A stretch of DNA of 64,000 nucleotides from Halorarum halobium (GCF_032116555.1 NZ_CP134949.1:1612001-1676000), one strand, 5' to 3'; positions 9,595 through 19,762 are shown, counted from the stretch's first letter. The notes: generated from the letters alone by a model not told the origin. Numbers and translations are program-made.

Positions 9595-10416
9595 ATGTCT
9601 ACTCCGCACGAGGACGTCCGCTTTCTGGCGGACTCGGAGAACTGATCCACCGCGCTCGAAGCCCTCGCGGCAGGTCCCCGCACGAGGTCGGAACTACGGA
9701 GCACAACCGGAGCCTCGAAAGCCACGATCAGTCGCCTGCTCGGCGATTTCGAGGAACGGGGCTGGGTGGGGAGGGACGGGAACCGATACGCGTCGACCCC
9801 GCTCGGGGAGTACGTCTCGGGAGCCTTCCTTGAGCTTCACGACCGGATGAGGACTGCGGGCGATCTGCGGGCGCTGCTCCCGTGGTTTCCGCTCGGCGAA
9901 CTGGACGTCCGGTTCGATCTCGAGATCCTGACCGGGGCGCGGATCACCGCGGCGACCCCCGAGGACCCGATGGCGCCGATGGCCCGCGTGCTGGAGATCG
10001 AGCGCGAGTCGGCCACGACGAGCACGCTCGCGGATCGGCTCCCCGAGCCGTGCATCAAGGCGAGACACGAGGCAGTGGTCGACGGCACGCAGACGTGCGA
10101 GCTGGTGACCACGCCGGCGGTGATCGAATCCGTGGTGGCGTCATCGTATGCCGAGCCGTTCGAGGAGATCGTCGCCGCCGACCGCTCCACGGTGTTCGTC
10201 TCCGACGGTGACGTCGAGCCCGGGGGCGTGTACGACGGGACGGGCTATCTGATCGTCGCCGACGATCGGGACGTCAACGTCGGCGTGATCGAATCCGACG
10301 GTTCCGAGTTCCTCGACCACCTCACGGAGACGTTCGCGGAGCACCGGGACGGTGCGACCAGACTCACCGCGTCGGCCCTCGAGAGCGATCGGGAATCCAT
10401 TCGAACGGAATCCTAG
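9595..10416 (+). pseudogene. winged-HTH transcriptional regulator (haloarchaeal HVO_A0261-like) with in-frame TGA at codon 17
   Basis: MSTPHEDVRFLADSEN*STALEALAAGPRTRSELRSTTGASKATISRLLGDFEERGWV continues in frame with ORF 9766-10416; TGA at 9643-9645. Confidence 0.85.
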
Positions 10417-10570
10417 CGGTAATCCTGACAGGACGGCGGATCCGTGACCGGGTCGCGAGCTCCCGGGACGTCCGTCGAACCCGACTGTCCGGGACGGCCT
10501 CACTCTCGGGCCGTCCTCTCCGCGGAGAACACTCGACGCCGAGTGGAGCGCGTGCTACTGGGTGGAGCGT

Positions 10571-10625
10571 GTGCTGCAGAGCGGATTCGTGTTGCAGGGT
10601 GAGTTCGCGTTGCACGGCGTGAAAC
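10571..10625 (+). repeat. three tandem ~18-bp imperfect repeats, putative operator array
   Basis: GTGCTGCAGAGCGGATTC / GTGTTGCAGGGTGAGTTC / GCGTTGCACGGCGTGAAAC. Confidence 0.5.
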
Positions 10626-10715
10626 GGTTCCAGCGGATGGCTATACCCGGCTCGCCACCGAAGTCGCTCGTCGGGTACCGAACCCGGCCGACCGACGGCA
10701 CCACCGAGACAGATC

Positions 10716-11774
10716 ATGGCACTCGACCGAGAACGATTGAACCGACACGTACAGACGGCCCTGAGTGACTTCGGAGCGACGGCGCACGCGCCGCTGGTCG
10801 TCATCGGCGACGAGCTCGGGCTGTACGGGATGCTCGCCGACGCGGGGCCGCTCACGTCGGCCGGACTGGCCGAGGAGACCGACACCGCCGAACGGTACGT
10901 CCGCGAGTGGCTGCGCTCGCAGGCGGCCGGCGGGTACGTCACCTACGATCCCGAGACCGACCGCTACAGCCTCACCCCCGAACAGACCGCGTTGCTGGCC
11001 GACGAGACCAGCCCGGCGTTCATGGTGGATAACTTTCGGGTCGCCCTGTCGGCCGCGACCATCGAACCACGGCTGGCGGAAGCGTTCCGCACGGGCGAGG
11101 GCGTGGGCTGGCACGAACACGACGAGGACCTCTTTCACGCCATCGAGCACTCCTGGCGACCGCAGTACGCGGCGAACCTCGTCGACGAGTGGATCCCCGC
11201 GCTCGACGGCGTGGAGGCGACGCTCGAAACCGGGGGGCGCGTCGCTGACGTGGGGTGTGGCCACGGCGCGTCGACGATCCTGATGGCCGAGGCGTACCCC
11301 GAGTCGACGTTCGTCGGCGTCGACACCCACGAACCGTCGATAGCGGCGGCCCGGCGGCGAGCCGAGGAAGCCGGCGTCGCCGACCGCGTGCGCTTCGAGG
11401 CGGCGGCGGCCAAGTCGTACGACGGTGCACGGTACGACTTCGTGGCCACGTTCGACGCCTTCCACGACATGGGCGACCCCGTGGATGTGGCGGCGCACGT
11501 CCGCGACACGCTCGCTGACGACGGCACGTGGATGATCGTCGAACTCTTCGCGAACGATCGCGTCGAGGACAACCTCAATCCGATGGGTCGGGCGGCCTAC
11601 TCCATCTCGACGCTGATCTGCACGCCGTGCGCGCTCGACCAGGAAGCCGAGCACGTGCTGGGGGCACAGGCCGGCGAGGCCGGCATCGGCGAGGCCGTCA
11701 CTGACGGCGGCTTCGCCCGGTTCCGCCGGGCGGCGGAGACGCCCATGAAGCTCGTGTTCGAAGCAAAACCGTAG
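10716..11774 (+). CDS. class I SAM-dependent methyltransferase with N-terminal wHTH (Rv2258c-like)
   Basis: VADVGCGHG motif I; ERYVREWL; FDAFHDM; LGAQAGE. Confidence 0.92.
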   Translation: MALDRERLNRHVQTALSDFGATAHAPLVVIGDELGLYGMLADAGPLTSAGLAEETDTAERYVREWLRSQAAGGYVTYDPETDRYSLTPEQTALLADETSPAFMVDNFRVALSAATIEPRLAEAFRTGEGVGWHEHDEDLFHAIEHSWRPQYAANLVDEWIPALDGVEATLETGGRVADVGCGHGASTILMAEAYPESTFVGVDTHEPSIAAARRRAEEAGVADRVRFEAAAAKSYDGARYDFVATFDAFHDMGDPVDVAAHVRDTLADDGTWMIVELFANDRVEDNLNPMGRAAYSISTLICTPCALDQEAEHVLGAQAGEAGIGEAVTDGGFARFRRAAETPMKLVFEAKP

Positions 11775-11974
11775 ATGACGACGAGCGGCGACCGGGTATC
11801 CTCGCGGGGAGACGGGGTGGGAGTTCCCCACGAAGTCCCATCACCGCTCGCAGGTCCTGAGGCGGAACTCAGGAGGGACGTCGCTCCCGCGTGAAAACGC
11901 CGCCCGGAACACGACCGGACGAGTTTCGACGGCGGGGGAGTTCCCTTCCTCCGGAACCGTGCTTCAGTGACCAC

Positions 11975-12883
11975 TCACCGTCTCGGAGCGAGAACGAGTT
12001 CCGCACACCGTCCCGGATGCCCCAGCCACGGGAGGTGCCCGGCATCGAGCGTCTCGAGGCGGCTGTTCGGAATCCGGCCGACGACGGAGCGCACCGCGTC
12101 GGGCCCCCCAAGCAAATCGTTCTCACCCCAGATCGCGAGGGTGGGAGATCGGACGTCGGCTAACTCGTCTTCCCGGAGCCGGGTCGAGGGACGCCATCCG
12201 CGAAGCCGCACGACTGAGCGTAACTCGCTGATTTCGACGTGGTCAGACCGCGGATTCCGGGCCTGGGCCACGAACAACTGCACGAGCGACGGATAGTTCC
12301 GGATCGTCCCCCCTTCACCGAACGTTTCGAGATTTTCGACGACGTCGGCCTCGCTCGCGTCTCCGAGCCCGGCTACCACTCGGTTCAACAGGGGCATCGA
12401 AAACAACCTGAGCGGAAGCGGGGGGCGGGTTCCCGGGAGCGTGGGGGCGCTTCCGAGCAGCGTGAGGTGACGGACCCGCTCGGGTCGGGCTAACGCGAAC
12501 ACCAGGCTCCAGTACCCGCCTGCGGAACTGCCGACGAGATTGACCCGTTCTATCTCGAGTTCGTCGAGGATCTCTTCGAGAACGGTCACTGCGGTTTCTC
12601 GCGTGGTTCTGGGAGCGTACGTGAAGTCGCCGCTGAGGCCGTACCCCGGACGGTCGATGGCGATCGTCCATGCGCCGTCGAGGTTGGCGATCAACGGGGA
12701 AAACAGTGCCCCGAACGCTCCAGTTCCGTGGACGCAGAAAACGGGGACGTCGTCGCTCTCCTCCCTGCCGGATTCGAGCACGTGAGTTCTGACTCCTGGT
12801 CGGTCGAGGTCGACGTATCGTGACTCCGCCTCGATGCCCGCTTCCTCGAACACTCGATCCTGTGCCGCCCTGAAGTCCGTCAT
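11975..12883 (-). CDS. alpha/beta hydrolase
   Basis: VHG, DRPGYGLS, GSSAGG nucleophile elbow, WGEND, AGHLP. Confidence 0.9.
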   Translation of the reverse strand: MTDFRAAQDRVFEEAGIEAESRYVDLDRPGVRTHVLESGREESDDVPVFCVHGTGAFGALFSPLIANLDGAWTIAIDRPGYGLSGDFTYAPRTTRETAVTVLEEILDELEIERVNLVGSSAGGYWSLVFALARPERVRHLTLLGSAPTLPGTRPPLPLRLFSMPLLNRVVAGLGDASEADVVENLETFGEGGTIRNYPSLVQLFVAQARNPRSDHVEISELRSVVRLRGWRPSTRLREDELADVRSPTLAIWGENDLLGGPDAVRSVVGRIPNSRLETLDAGHLPWLGHPGRCAELVLAPRR

Positions 12884-13420
12884 GCGGTAGCACTCCTCGT
12901 ACCTGGGAGGGCGGGAAAGCGTAAATAGCGGACGGTAGCACCCGGCTTTTCGAGCCGTGTCTGATGGAGCCGAAGGCCGCGTTCGTCAGCGACGTGCAAC
13001 CCCGGCAACCCACCGGAGTCGCCGTTCCAGCCCTTCGCCGTCGCCACCTCCCGGACGAGGCGGCGAACCGCCGGCACACTTCACGCGAGTCAGTTGCTCG
13101 ACGGTTCTGGAGATGACGTCTCCGAGACGTTCACAGACGTCACTACCAGCAGGATCGAAATGTGCGCCCGGAACACTAACGTCCGACCTCATCCCTGGCG
13201 GCGTGCCGAGTCGGCCGGGAAACCCTCGTGCCGGGCGGTGTCGTCGGATGCGGCCGACGATGGGCCGGGCCGCTGACGCGACCGGTGTCGCGCGCCCGGG
13301 TTCTCCGCGCTGTCATCGCACCCTGCCGGGTGAACTCGGGCGGGGACTAGAGGCGCGCACTCCGCGATAGGCGTTCCGAGCACAAGGGGCTACCGACTCA
13401 CGCCCCCCTCCGGGCGGCCG

Positions 13421-13915
13421 CTATCGAAGGAAGTCCGAGAGCCGGCCGGTGATGCCGCCGTCCTCACCGAGCCGCAGGTAGTAGGCCGAGCCGCCGTCCT
13501 CGTAGTAGTCGTCGATGCGGCGGACGACCTCGAAGCCGACGTGTCGGTAGAAGCCGAGCGCGTCCTCGTTCGTCGTCCGGGCGTGACAGGTGACGCTGCC
13601 GTTCGCCTCGGCGACGTCCGCGATCAGGCGCCGGGCGTAGCCGCTCCCGCGGCGTTCCGGCGCGACGGCGAGAAAGAGCACGTAGCCGTCGCGCCGGACC
13701 GAGGCGAACGCGACGAGCGTCTCGTCGTCCTCGTGGAACGGAGTCTCCTCGTAGAGCAGGTACGTCGTCGAGCGCCGGTACGCGTCGGTGAAGAAACCGC
13801 GACGCTGCTTGAGGACGCCCTCGTTCGCACGGATGCGCTCTTTCAGGGCCCAGGCGTCCCCCGCGTGGGTGGCGTCTCCGGGCCTGTCAACGCGCTTCTC
13901 GACGTTGACGCTCAC
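13421..13915 (-). CDS. GNAT N-acetyltransferase
   Basis: LAVAPERRGSGYA, NEDALGFY, DYYEDG; GTG start. Confidence 0.88.
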   Translation of the reverse strand: MSVNVEKRVDRPGDATHAGDAWALKERIRANEGVLKQRRGFFTDAYRRSTTYLLYEETPFHEDDETLVAFASVRRDGYVLFLAVAPERRGSGYARRLIADVAEANGSVTCHARTTNEDALGFYRHVGFEVVRRIDDYYEDGGSAYYLRLGEDGGITGRLSDFLR

Positions 13916-14032
13916 TACCACACGGTTGTCGTGAGGGGGATATAACTCCACCGTCGGTAGCGATCGACGCGGTCCCGGACCCGGGTCACCCAGGCAGAAC
14001 CGTTTTGGACCCCCTTCTCCACGTTGCACGTG

Positions 14033-15382
14033 ATGGAACGGGACTGGTCGCCCCGGACGGTGGGGACCTCGCTTCGGAATACGGTCCGGGGAGCGTTCGT
14101 CACGGGGGTCGCGGTCGTCGTGCCGCTGCTCATCACGGCCATCGTCCTCGCGGTCGCGGGACAGTACGTCTACACCTACCTCGATCTCGTCTCCGACGGC
14201 GTTCTCGGGCTCAGCCAGGAGACCCAGTTCACGATCCCCGTCGGCAACTTCGGGTTCCTGACGGTGGACCGGGCGAGCGTCATCGAGCTCACGACGCCGG
14301 TCGTGCTCCTCTCGCTCATCTTCCTCGTCGGCCTGTTCGTGAACTCGACGCGCTTTGGGGGCGTCGCCATCGGCTACTTCGACGCTGCCATCGCGGCCAT
14401 CCCCGCGGTCGGCTCCGTCTACGAGTCGTTCCGACAGATGTCGGACGTGATGCTGGAGGAGGACACCCAGAACTTCCGGGACGTGAAGCTCGTCGAGTTC
14501 CCGCACGAGGGAGCCTACACGCTCGGGTTTCTCACGACCGAAACGCCGGACGCGTTGCGAGAGCCAGCGGGTCACCCCGAGATGCAGACACTGTTCCTCC
14601 CGCTCGCGCCGAATCCGGTCATGGGCGGACACCTCGTCCACATGCCCACCGAGAAGGTGATGGACGTGGACATGACCGTCGAGGAGGGCATCCGCGCGGT
14701 CGTCACCAGCGGCGTGGCGGTGTCGGAGGGCTCCGCGACGTCGAGCGGGCTCTCGGAGTCGGAGCTGCGGGAGCTCTCCAGCGTCGAACACGCGGACCAG
14801 CAGTTCGACCCGGACGTCGACTCCCACGACGTGCGTCGGGACGACGACGTGGACGTGAGCCGCGACGACGAGTGGGACCGGCAGGTGTCGCCCGAGCAGT
14901 CGACGACCCCGACCGACATCGCCAGACGAACCCGCGCACAGCGGGACGATCCGGAGGACGACCTCGAGGAACTCGACGACGAGGAGCAGCCGTTCTCGCT
15001 GTACGGCAGGGAGGAGACGACGGTGACGCCGGCGCGTGAAGCCGGCCGATACGACCCGGAAACCGAAAACGAGGACGAACGGCCGGCGGCCGAAGCCGAC
15101 CGCGAGGCGGAGCTTCGAACCGACGAAGGCTCGCGTCCGGAAACCGCGGCCGACCGGCCGGCCGAACGCCGCGAGCCGGAGCGCCGGGAGCCCGCCGAGA
15201 TCGGTGACCGCGAACCCGAGAAGCGCGAGCGGACGACCGATCGCCCGGCGGCCGCCGCGGATCGCCCGGAGTCGGACCGGGAGCGGACCGACACGCCGCC
15301 GGCCGAGATCACCGACGAAAGCGAACTCGCGTCGAACGGATCGGACGGCGACGACGAGGACGAGGGCGACGGGGACGCCTGA
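14033..15382 (+). CDS. DUF502 membrane protein with long acidic repetitive tail
   Basis: IPAVGSVYES, VKLVEFP, LFLPLAPNPVMGG, VVTSG. Confidence 0.85.
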   Translation: MERDWSPRTVGTSLRNTVRGAFVTGVAVVVPLLITAIVLAVAGQYVYTYLDLVSDGVLGLSQETQFTIPVGNFGFLTVDRASVIELTTPVVLLSLIFLVGLFVNSTRFGGVAIGYFDAAIAAIPAVGSVYESFRQMSDVMLEEDTQNFRDVKLVEFPHEGAYTLGFLTTETPDALREPAGHPEMQTLFLPLAPNPVMGGHLVHMPTEKVMDVDMTVEEGIRAVVTSGVAVSEGSATSSGLSESELRELSSVEHADQQFDPDVDSHDVRRDDDVDVSRDDEWDRQVSPEQSTTPTDIARRTRAQRDDPEDDLEELDDEEQPFSLYGREETTVTPAREAGRYDPETENEDERPAAEADREAELRTDEGSRPETAADRPAERREPERREPAEIGDREPEKRERTTDRPAAAADRPESDRERTDTPPAEITDESELASNGSDGDDEDEGDGDA

Positions 15383-15807
15383 TGGATCCGGCGGGAACGT
15401 TCACGCTCCGCGAGCACACCGCCGACGTCGCCGTCGAGGCCGACGGGCCGAGCATCGACGCGGCGTTCGGCGCGGTGGCCGACGGGCTCGCGGCGGCGAT
15501 GGCCGAATCCGTCCCGGAAGTCGGCGACCGCTTCTCGTTCAGCGTTCGCGCCGAGAGCCGCGAGGCGCTTCTGTTCGACTACCTCGACCAGCTCATCTAC
15601 GAACGCGACGTCCGGAGCGTGCTCCCGGTTGACAACGCCGCTGCGGTATCGACGGACCGGGACGAGTGGGTCGTCGAGGCCAGCGCGCGCGGCGTCCCGT
15701 TCGCCGCGGCGGCGGGTGCCAGGGACGTGAAGGCAGTCACGTACTCCGAGATGGAACTCGGGGAGACGGCCGACGGCTGGCGCGCGTACGTCGTCTTCGA
15801 CGTGTGA
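15382..15807 (+). CDS. archease
   Basis: EHTADV, DVKAVTY, VVFDV; directly upstream of rtcB. Confidence 0.95.
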   Translation: MDPAGTFTLREHTADVAVEADGPSIDAAFGAVADGLAAAMAESVPEVGDRFSFSVRAESREALLFDYLDQLIYERDVRSVLPVDNAAAVSTDRDEWVVEASARGVPFAAAAGARDVKAVTYSEMELGETADGWRAYVVFDV

Positions 15808-15862
15808 CTCGCGGACGCGGCGAGCGGAAACGCTCTTCCCTCGCCCGAGCCGATGTCACGTA

Positions 15863-17377
15863 ATGACCGAGACTCGTGAGTTCGACGGGATCCGGCTCGA
15901 GAAGGTCCGGGAGCACGTCTGGGAGATCCCGCAGGAGGGCGGGATGAACGCGCCCGCCAGGGTGCTCGCCAGCGAACCGCTCCTCGAACAGATCGGCGAC
16001 GACGACACGCTCCAGCAGCTGAAGAACGCGACCCACCTCCCCGGGATCACGAAGTACGCCGTCTGCATGCCCGACGGCCACCAGGGGTACGGCTTTCCGG
16101 TCGGGGGCGTCGGCGCGACCGACACGGCCGACGGCTGCATCTCGCCGGGCGCGGTCGGCTACGACATCAACTGCGGGGTCAGGATGGTCCGGACCGATCT
16201 CACCTACGACGACGTCGCCGGTCGGGAGGAGGAACTGGTCGACTCGCTGTTCGCCAACATCCCCTCCGGGCTCGGCGGCGGCGGCGTCGTGGAGGAGGGG
16301 ATCGACACCGTCCACGCGGTGCTCGAACGCGGGATGGACTGGGCGCTCGACGAGGGGTACGCAACCGAGGACGACCTCGCACACTGTGAGGACGAGGGCC
16401 ATCGGCCCGACGCCCGTCCCGAGTTCGTCTCCCAGAAGGCGAAGGATCGCGGAAAGAACCAGCTCGGGAGTCTCGGGTCGGGGAACCACTTCCTCGAGGT
16501 CCAGCGCGTGACCGACGTGTTCGACGCCGCGGTGGCGGAGTCGTTCGGGCTCCGCGAGGACCGGATCGTCGTCCTGATCCACTGCGGCTCACGCGGGCTC
16601 GGCCACCAGGTCTGTTCGGACTACCTCCGGAAGATCGAGCGGGAACACGGCGACCTGCTGGATCGACTGCCCGACAAGGAGCTCGCGGCGGCTCCGGCGG
16701 GCTCGCGGCTCGCCGAGGAGTACTACGGCGCGATGTGTGCGGCGATCAACTTCGCCTGGGTGAACCGACAGCTCATCACCCACCGGACGCGCCGGGTGTT
16801 CGAGCGCGTCTTCGGTGCGGACCACGGTGACCTCGGGATGGAACTCCTCTACGACGTGGCACACAACATCGCCAAACGGGAGGTCCACGACGTCGAGGTC
16901 GACGCCGACGGCACCGCCGTCAGCGGCGACACGGCCGACGTCGTCGGAACCGAGGAGCGCGAACTGTACGTCCACCGGAAGGGGGCCACGCGCGCGTTCC
17001 CGGCCGGCCGCGAGGAGGTCCCACCGGCCTACCGCGACGTGGGCCAACCGGTCATCATCCCCGGCAGCATGGGTTCGGGCAGCTACGTCCTCGTCGGCGG
17101 TGAGCGGTCGCTCGCGGAGACGTTCGGGTCGACCGCCCACGGTGCCGGGCGCGTGATGTCACGGACTCAGGCGAAACAGGAGTTCTGGGGGGAGACGGTC
17201 CAGGAGGAGTTGCGCGAGGGGAACGCCATCTACGTGAAGGCCCAGTCGGGCGCGACCGTCGCGGAGGAGGCACCCGGCGTGTACAAGGACGTGGACGAGG
17301 TGGTCCGCGTGAGCGACGACCTCGGCATCGGGGACAAGGTGGTCCGGACCTATCCGGTCTGCAACATCAAGGGCTGA
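15863..17377 (+). CDS. rtcB: tRNA-splicing ligase RtcB
   Basis: MPDGHQGYGFPVG, GYDINCG, GSGNHF, HCGSRG, HNIAK, HRKGAT, HGAGR. Confidence 0.97.
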   Translation: MTETREFDGIRLEKVREHVWEIPQEGGMNAPARVLASEPLLEQIGDDDTLQQLKNATHLPGITKYAVCMPDGHQGYGFPVGGVGATDTADGCISPGAVGYDINCGVRMVRTDLTYDDVAGREEELVDSLFANIPSGLGGGGVVEEGIDTVHAVLERGMDWALDEGYATEDDLAHCEDEGHRPDARPEFVSQKAKDRGKNQLGSLGSGNHFLEVQRVTDVFDAAVAESFGLREDRIVVLIHCGSRGLGHQVCSDYLRKIEREHGDLLDRLPDKELAAAPAGSRLAEEYYGAMCAAINFAWVNRQLITHRTRRVFERVFGADHGDLGMELLYDVAHNIAKREVHDVEVDADGTAVSGDTADVVGTEERELYVHRKGATRAFPAGREEVPPAYRDVGQPVIIPGSMGSGSYVLVGGERSLAETFGSTAHGAGRVMSRTQAKQEFWGETVQEELREGNAIYVKAQSGATVAEEAPGVYKDVDEVVRVSDDLGIGDKVVRTYPVCNIKG

Positions 17378-17538
17378 CAGGCGGCACCGGTTCGATCATC
17401 GACGATCGACCGAAAGGGCTCCCGGCGGTCGACCTCGATGGCGTCCGAGGGTCGTGGTCCCGCGCAATCGCGTGCGACCCCCGGCGACGGCAATGTCACG
17501 GGGGGGTCTGGTCCCGGCTTCCGGTTTGAACCCTCGGG

Positions 17539-17901
17539 TCAGTAGAACCCGCCCTTCGGCCCGTCTGGTCCGCCCGGACCTCCGGGGCCACGTGAGTCGT
17601 CTCGCTCCGCGAGTTCGACGTACTTGCTCTGGCGCCTCGGGTCGAGTTCCTCCCCGTCGACGAATCGGACGAACGAGAGGTAGAACGACTCGCCGCACCC
17701 GCTCTCGTCCGCCTTCAGCGTCCCGTCCCGGCCACAGGTGAACCGGACGCCGTCGGCGTCCTCGAACGCCCCGTCGGGCGCGGCGTACTCCCACCCCTCG
17801 AACGGAAACGGCGTCACGGCCTTGTCGTCGAGATACCCCTCCCGTTCGAGTTCGACGAGCGCCTCGCAGTGGGGGCAGTAGTACGTCACCGGGAAGCCCA
17901 T
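17539..17901 (-). CDS. small Cys-containing (CPxC) hypothetical protein
   Basis: MGFPVTYYCPHC...FTCG...GCGESFYL. Confidence 0.75.
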   Translation of the reverse strand: MGFPVTYYCPHCEALVELEREGYLDDKAVTPFPFEGWEYAAPDGAFEDADGVRFTCGRDGTLKADESGCGESFYLSFVRFVDGEELDPRRQSKYVELAERDDSRGPGGPGGPDGPKGGFY

Positions 17902-17988
17902 GGTCACCGGGGAAGCGGCCGACCCACTTCGCCCTGTCGGCGCGCGTCGAACGCGGTTTTCAAGCCCCCGGCGACCCAGCGTACGGCC

Positions 17989-18369
17989 ATGACACCCGAG
18001 GAGACCGTCCGGGCCTACTACGACGCCGTCCGGGACGGGGACCCGCTCGCACGGTTCTTCGTCGAGTCCCCGGACGTCGTGAAGTTCGGCGTCGGGGAAC
18101 GGCTGACCGGCTACGCCGAGATAGCACGCGGGCTCCGCGAACAGACCCGGACGACCGAGGACTGGACGCTCGAGAGCGACGCGCTCCGCGTCGTGGACCG
18201 CGGCGAACACGCGGCGTTCTCGGACGACGTGCGGATGGCCTGGTTCGACGCCGAATCGTTCGCCGAGCACGACTACCGGACGCGCTGGAGCGGCACGCTC
18301 ACGCGGGTCGACGGGGAGTCGACCTGGAAGTTCCTCGGGATGCACGTCTCGGCGGAGGTCGACCGCTGA
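17989..18369 (+). CDS. NTF2/SnoaL-like protein
   Basis: ETVRAYYDA, TRWSGTL, WKFLGMHVS. Confidence 0.85.
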   Translation: MTPEETVRAYYDAVRDGDPLARFFVESPDVVKFGVGERLTGYAEIARGLREQTRTTEDWTLESDALRVVDRGEHAAFSDDVRMAWFDAESFAEHDYRTRWSGTLTRVDGESTWKFLGMHVSAEVDR

Positions 18370-18608
18370 TGGTCGGCCCGTCCATGACGGAGGAGGACCG
18401 GCGACTGGCCAGCAGGCGATTGAAGGGCGGATTCGTGCTCCTCGTCGGCGCGTCCGCGGCGCTCGTCTCGCTCCAGGCCGACGCGTCGCTCGTCCAGACC
18501 GCCGTCGCCGTCGTCGTCGCGCTGGTCGTCGGCGTCGCGTTGCTCTGGTTCGTCCTGCGACTGCTTCGGGAGCTTCAACCGCCGGAACGGCGGCCGCCGC
18601 CACGGTAA
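18369..18608 (+). CDS. small membrane protein
   Basis: Two TM helices; TGATG overlap with the upstream gene. Confidence 0.7.
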   Translation: MVGPSMTEEDRRLASRRLKGGFVLLVGASAALVSLQADASLVQTAVAVVVALVVGVALLWFVLRLLRELQPPERRPPPR

Positions 18609-18709
18609 CGCACCCGGTCCGTTCTCACTCACGGTCAGTACGGGTCGATTCTCGCTCCCGGTCCGTGCGGATCGAGACGGGCGAGCGCGGCGACCGTCGG
18701 TCGGTCCGG

Positions 18710-19666
18710 TCAGGCGACGCGTGAAAGCCAGCGCTGCGGATGGTTCAACTCCGCTTCCGTCGGAAGGTTGTCGGGGTCCTCCCAGACGAGCGTCGCGGTG
18801 GCGAGGTCGCGCTCGTCCGCGACCGCCTCGAAGAAGGCGGCGCCGCGCTCGTACTGCTCCCGCTTCATCTCGAACCCGAGCACGCGCTTGAGCAGGCGGG
18901 TCAGCGGGTCGCCGCCCCCGCGGCGCTCGTCGAGTTTCTCGCGCAGGTCCGCGTACTCCTCGTCGAACGCGCGGTCCATCAGGAGTTCGGCGTACCCCTC
19001 GACGGCGGTCATCGCGGTGTTGAGCTCCGAGAACGCGTCGCGGTCGAGGCTGCCGGCGGCGAGCGCCTCGACGCCCTCCTCCATCCGCGCTTCGAGGTAC
19101 GAGGAGAGCCACGGGGCCGCGGCGAACTCCGCGGCATGGGCGACCTCGTGGAACGCGATCCAGCGGCGGAACCGCGGGTAGCCCACGCCGAGTTCGACCG
19201 CCACGCGCTGAATGTTCGGCCGGACGAAGTAGAGGCCGTGGTCGTCCCGGTCGGCCAGCAGCAGCGGGTCGTACTGACCGAGGACGTTCCTGGCGAGAAA
19301 CGCGAGCGTCACCGCCATCGTGCCGGAGTTCACCGAGCGGGCGACGCCCGGGAACAGGCCGCCGGCCTGGTCCTCCAGCGGGCGAAGGACGCGCTCGAAC
19401 GTGGCGACGTTGGCGTCGATCCAGTGGTGTCTGCTCTGGACCTCGACGCTGTCCGGAAGCGCGAACTCGACGCCGCTCGCCGCCCTGAGGCCGTCCCTTG
19501 CCGCACGGACGTCCGCGGCGATCGCCTCCTGCTCGGCGGGCTCCATCCTGATGTCGCCCGGCTCCACGCCCCCCTTCGCCGCCTCCGCGACGCTCGCCCA
19601 GTCGATGACGCCGCCGGGAGCATCCGCCGCGTCCGCGATCGCCCGGATGCTCCGCGTGATGTCCAT
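18710..19666 (-). CDS. zinc-dependent metalloprotease-like protein (zincin, DUF2342-type)
   Basis: HEVAH motif, MTAVEGYAE, KREQYERG. Confidence 0.88.
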   Translation of the reverse strand: MDITRSIRAIADAADAPGGVIDWASVAEAAKGGVEPGDIRMEPAEQEAIAADVRAARDGLRAASGVEFALPDSVEVQSRHHWIDANVATFERVLRPLEDQAGGLFPGVARSVNSGTMAVTLAFLARNVLGQYDPLLLADRDDHGLYFVRPNIQRVAVELGVGYPRFRRWIAFHEVAHAAEFAAAPWLSSYLEARMEEGVEALAAGSLDRDAFSELNTAMTAVEGYAELLMDRAFDEEYADLREKLDERRGGGDPLTRLLKRVLGFEMKREQYERGAAFFEAVADERDLATATLVWEDPDNLPTEAELNHPQRWLSRVA

Positions 19667-19762
19667 ACCGTCAGTCGGCGGCGACGGCGGATAGGCCTTG
19701 TCCCGCGCGGTCCCGCGATCGGTTCGGGGGGTTTAATACCGAAACGTCGCCCCGTATGCCGT

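Noticed and set aside
12884..13420. About 540-bp gap with short ORFs
   Set aside because: No convincing codon bias, protein motif, RNA structure or terminal repeats.
15863..17377. Possible intein in RtcB (also considered for Cdc48)
   Set aside because: Lengths are normal; RtcB has only a short acidic loop insertion and no splicing motifs.
18740..19762. Apparent 800-aa flavoprotein fusion
   Set aside because: The first 341 codons are antisense to the zincin gene; the real start is ATG 19763, downstream of a TTTAAT box.
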